Below are positions 16,697-19,516 of a stretch of DNA of 19,516 bases, one piece after another. Both the position numbers and the translations under genes were made by a program. The notes under the pieces were generated by a model that saw nothing but the letters and a program-made list of their open reading frames with translations, had not been told where the DNA came from and did not search any database. Source of the DNA: a candidate division WOR-3 bacterium. Its GTDB lineage: Bacteria; Hydrothermota; Tepidihabitantia; SM23-42. Position 1 is the first letter of the stretch, and the number at the start of each line of letters is the position of its first letter. The stretch spans positions 1,118,115 through 1,137,630 of the forward strand of contig CP070664.1 of the NCBI GenBank assembly GCA_020355325.1. The letters run 5' to 3'.

Positions 16697-18955
16697 GTGA
16701 AAAAGTTTTTGATTCTATTGTGCGCGATCATTTTTTTATGTTTTGGCGAGGATATGATTGTGAGGGTGTACGTACGATCGTGGAAAGACTTGAACAGGAT
16801 ATCAAAGAAGCCACAGGATTTGGATATTGCTGCCGGCCGATATGGTGAATGGTATGATTTGGTCGTTGATCGCGAAGGTCTCAACGAGGTAATTGCGTCT
16901 GGTGTACCCTACGAGGTGACTGTTTATAGCCTTGAATATGAGAAAGAAAAAGTGCGGGGCACCTACCTTTCTTATACTGAAATAAATGATTCATTGAGAA
17001 ACTTCGCCACGAACTATCCGAGCATTTGTAAATTTGATTCTTTGCCGAATACCACGTATGAGGGCAGGTGGATATACGGCGTAAAAATATCGGATAATGG
17101 TTATCTTGAAGAAGACGATGAGCCAGGTTTCACCATTGATGGTTGCCATCATTCTCGAGAGTGGGCAACACCCCAGGCAGTTCTTTTCTTTGCTGACTCG
17201 ATGCTCAGCTCTTATGGAGAAGTATCAGAAATTACCGAAATCGTAAACACTACTGAAATATACTGCTTTCCATTGATTAATGTTGATGGTTATGTATATG
17301 ATTATCCCGATATGGAGTTGTGGCGTAAGAATCGTGAACCCTTTGGAGGCTATACCGGGACCGACCCGAACCGTAACTACGGTGGTGCATGTAACGGAGA
17401 AGTGGATGGATATTGGGGTGCTGCAGATGAGGATCAGGTATCACACCATCCAAGTTCTCAGACATTTTGTGGTGCCTATGCCTTTTGTGGTGATGAGATC
17501 TGGGCGTACACGACCTACATACGAGAACATGAGATAAGCACCGGATTTTCATTGCATAGTTACGGAGAACAGATCATGTATCCATGGGGATACAAAGGAG
17601 CGGGAACACCGGATTCAACACTCTATGATGCAAAGGGTAATCATATGGCGAGACTGATGGAATGTTTACCAGTTGGCACAGGAACGTATACCTCAGGACA
17701 ATCCTATTACAATCCCTATCCGAGCGGTGGTAATACCAGGGATTGGGTATATGGATATAATAAGTGGGTGGCTGGACTCTCAACACTTTTTTATGGCGCC
17801 GAGATTGGAGACGATTTCTATGAGCCACAAGGCAATTTAGATCACATTTCCCGTCAGGTATTTAAGGCAGCATTATATCTTGCTGGATTTGCCGATTCTC
17901 TAATTCTTGTTACTGAAGGCTTTGTACCACCACCAAAGATATATCCACTGGGAACGGTGGGCCCGGATTTTACCATATACTGGCATGCCAAAAATATTGA
18001 CCATAACAATCCAACTCAATGGGAATTAGTTGAACTATCTGACCTTTCTACTATTGAAGATGATTTAGAGTCCGGAATAGACCGATGGATTCTTGAGGGG
18101 TTTACGCTCTCAACGAGCCAGGCTCATTCTGGAACGCATAGTCTCTTCTCGGGAAACATTGATGAAATGAATCATGCGGTTCGAACTGCCCATCCATATT
18201 TAACACAACCCGGTGATTCGCTTACCTTCTGGTGTTGGTATAACTTAGAAACTAATTGCGATGTTGCTATGGTTGAGGCATCAGAGAATACGAAAGAGTG
18301 GTTCTGTGTGGATACGGCTCGCTTTAATGGTAATTCTGGGGGCTGGATTCAGAAGGCGTATTCACTCGATGATTGGATTGGTAAATCAATTTATATACGA
18401 TTCCGTGCAATGACCGATGGTGCACCGTTGGGTAGTGAATTTTACGTGGATGATGTTTATCCTGTTTGTCTTTTCGAGAATGTTGATACGATTTCTTCGA
18501 GTATTTCTGATACACTGTACCTGTTTATAGCACATCCTGAAGGACAATACTACTATTTTGTTAGGGGATACAATACGGCACACGGTTGGGGTGATTATTC
18601 TTGCTTAGAAACGACAACCGTTGTCACCGGTATTGCTGAATCACCAACTTATGATTTAAAACCTACGACACTGGTGCTTTCAGTATCGCCGAATCCGTTT
18701 GAACAGATAACAGATATCAGATACCAGATACCAGTAGACAGTAGACAGAAGTCAGTAGCCAGTATAAAAATATATAATAGTGTCGGTCAGTTGATTAAAC
18801 AATTTAACCAATTAACTAATCACCAATCGCTGATTAACCAAGTAACTTGGTACGGTGACGATGATGCTGGTCGTAGAGTCTCAGCCGGTATTTACTTTGT
18901 CCAATTGAAAGCAGGAGATTACAACCAGGTTCAGAAGGTAGTACTACTGAGATAA
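16697..18955 (+). CDS. Secreted M14-family zinc metallocarboxypeptidase with a Por/T9SS C-terminal sorting domain.
   Basis: There is a signal peptide MKKFLILLCAIIFLCFG; the GTG at 16697 has a good SD, while the TTG at 16682 from the ORF track does not. A propeptide-like N-domain comes next. The M14 zinc ligands are DGCHHSREW (HxxE) and SLHSYGEQIMYPWGY. The C-terminus LSVSPNPF...IKIYNSVGQLI...AGIYFVQLKAGDYNQVQKVVLLR is a typical T9SS CTD. Confidence 0.85.
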   Translation: MKKFLILLCAIIFLCFGEDMIVRVYVRSWKDLNRISKKPQDLDIAAGRYGEWYDLVVDREGLNEVIASGVPYEVTVYSLEYEKEKVRGTYLSYTEINDSLRNFATNYPSICKFDSLPNTTYEGRWIYGVKISDNGYLEEDDEPGFTIDGCHHSREWATPQAVLFFADSMLSSYGEVSEITEIVNTTEIYCFPLINVDGYVYDYPDMELWRKNREPFGGYTGTDPNRNYGGACNGEVDGYWGAADEDQVSHHPSSQTFCGAYAFCGDEIWAYTTYIREHEISTGFSLHSYGEQIMYPWGYKGAGTPDSTLYDAKGNHMARLMECLPVGTGTYTSGQSYYNPYPSGGNTRDWVYGYNKWVAGLSTLFYGAEIGDDFYEPQGNLDHISRQVFKAALYLAGFADSLILVTEGFVPPPKIYPLGTVGPDFTIYWHAKNIDHNNPTQWELVELSDLSTIEDDLESGIDRWILEGFTLSTSQAHSGTHSLFSGNIDEMNHAVRTAHPYLTQPGDSLTFWCWYNLETNCDVAMVEASENTKEWFCVDTARFNGNSGGWIQKAYSLDDWIGKSIYIRFRAMTDGAPLGSEFYVDDVYPVCLFENVDTISSSISDTLYLFIAHPEGQYYYFVRGYNTAHGWGDYSCLETTTVVTGIAESPTYDLKPTTLVLSVSPNPFEQITDIRYQIPVDSRQKSVASIKIYNSVGQLIKQFNQLTNHQSLINQVTWYGDDDAGRRVSAGIYFVQLKAGDYNQVQKVVLLR

Positions 18956-19087
18956 ACAGCTAAATTCCAAAATGCCTAAATACCTAAATAATATAAAAAA
19001 TGAGTGGAGGTTTAGAAGCTGGAATATAAAAATAAAAGATGTTGTTTCTCTATACTCAACGAACAGCGTGAACGTAAAAGGAGTAAG

Positions 19088-19516
19088 ATGAATAAAATAA
19101 TCTTAGTACTGTTCATCCTCATTTGTTTTAATACAGTATATCGGAATCAGACTATTCGTCTGGTTGAAATTCACATACCGGAACATGGCGAAGTCTACAA
19201 ACTGAGCAGGCGAGACATTACTATCGTTGATGCGGGTAAGGATTTTGCAAAAGCATTACTCAATGATGAAGAGATACGAGCGTTACAAAATGAGGGTTAT
19301 CAGGTTGACATTCTTATAGACGACTACAAGGCGTACAAGGACTCGATTTTTGCAGAGGGATTTTACCACACGTATGACCAGGTTTATGCCGTGCTCGATT
19401 CATTTACATCAGAGTACCCAGACATTTGCCGGCTCGATACCATTGGTTATAGTGTTCAGGGGAGGCCAATCTGGGCAATGCGAGTTACTGATAATCCACT
19501 CATCGAAGAGAACGAA
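19088..19516 (+). CDS. Second M14-family metallocarboxypeptidase, N-terminal 143 aa only; the 3' end is cut by the window edge.
   Basis: The RBS AAAGGAG at 19077-19083 precedes an ATG at 19088 and a signal peptide MNKIILVLFILICF. A propeptide-like region follows. YDQVYAVLDSFTSEYPDICRLDTIGYSVQGRPIWAMRVTDN parallels the upstream gene's YLSYTEINDSLRNFATNYPSICKFDSL..TYEGRWIYGVKISDN and the carboxypeptidase A N-terminal domain. The frame is open to the end of the window. Confidence 0.7.
   Translation, partial: MNKIILVLFILICFNTVYRNQTIRLVEIHIPEHGEVYKLSRRDITIVDAGKDFAKALLNDEEIRALQNEGYQVDILIDDYKAYKDSIFAEGFYHTYDQVYAVLDSFTSEYPDICRLDTIGYSVQGRPIWAMRVTDNPLIEENE

Noticed and set aside
17277-17552. A His-rich 91-aa minus-strand ORF inside the M14 peptidase gene.
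   Set aside because: It is antisense to a gene with strong homology support. The His richness comes from the reverse complement of Met/Val/Tyr codon runs.
1-19516. Looked for CRISPR repeats, IS inverted repeats, transposase or integrase ORFs, and phage genes.
   Set aside because: None is present. No regularly spaced direct repeats occur and every large ORF has a housekeeping-type assignment.

Overview
This 19.5 kb window reads as a gene-dense bacterial chromosomal segment: 21 protein-coding genes, two of them cut by the window edges, and almost no non-coding DNA. Many genes carry Shine-Dalgarno motifs (AGGAGG, AAGGAG) ahead of their starts. Six gene junctions are 4-nt start/stop overlaps (ATGA or GTGA), so the genes sit in translationally coupled operons. 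The last two genes encode M14 metallocarboxypeptidases. The complete one ends in a Por/T9SS C-terminal sorting domain, and there is a BamD lipoprotein gene, so the source is probably a diderm of the FCB-group type, likely uncultured; I cannot name the taxon. By eye the sequence is moderately AT-rich. I found no rRNA, tRNA, CRISPR array, transposase, integrase or phage gene. Gene content is mostly housekeeping: an amidohydrolase, yihY, panB, a deoxynucleoside kinase, folK, a GHL10-like protein, an SPFH protein, an archaemetzincin, a class-V aminotransferase, a MEDS-GGDEF cyclase, divIVA, punA, a TPR protein, bamD, nadD, a DAGK-like lipid kinase and two secreted M14 peptidases. The most unusual element is a minus-strand operon of a Nudix hydrolase, an Mre11/SbcD-like phosphoesterase and an SbcC/Rad50-like ATPase whose coiled coil is interrupted by a predicted two-helix transmembrane hairpin. 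This is the YhaO/YhaN = SbcF/SbcE type of pairing. Other points worth a second look are listed in the findings. They are the translationally coupled SPFH-archaemetzincin pair, a leaderless-looking divergent promoter region carrying a tandem TACTGTA repeat, two perfect palindromes between the ATPase stop and the lipid-kinase promoter, and an in-frame (CT)8 microsatellite inside yihY. I saw no clear-cut new defence island, and every call here rests on reading the ORF translations by eye.
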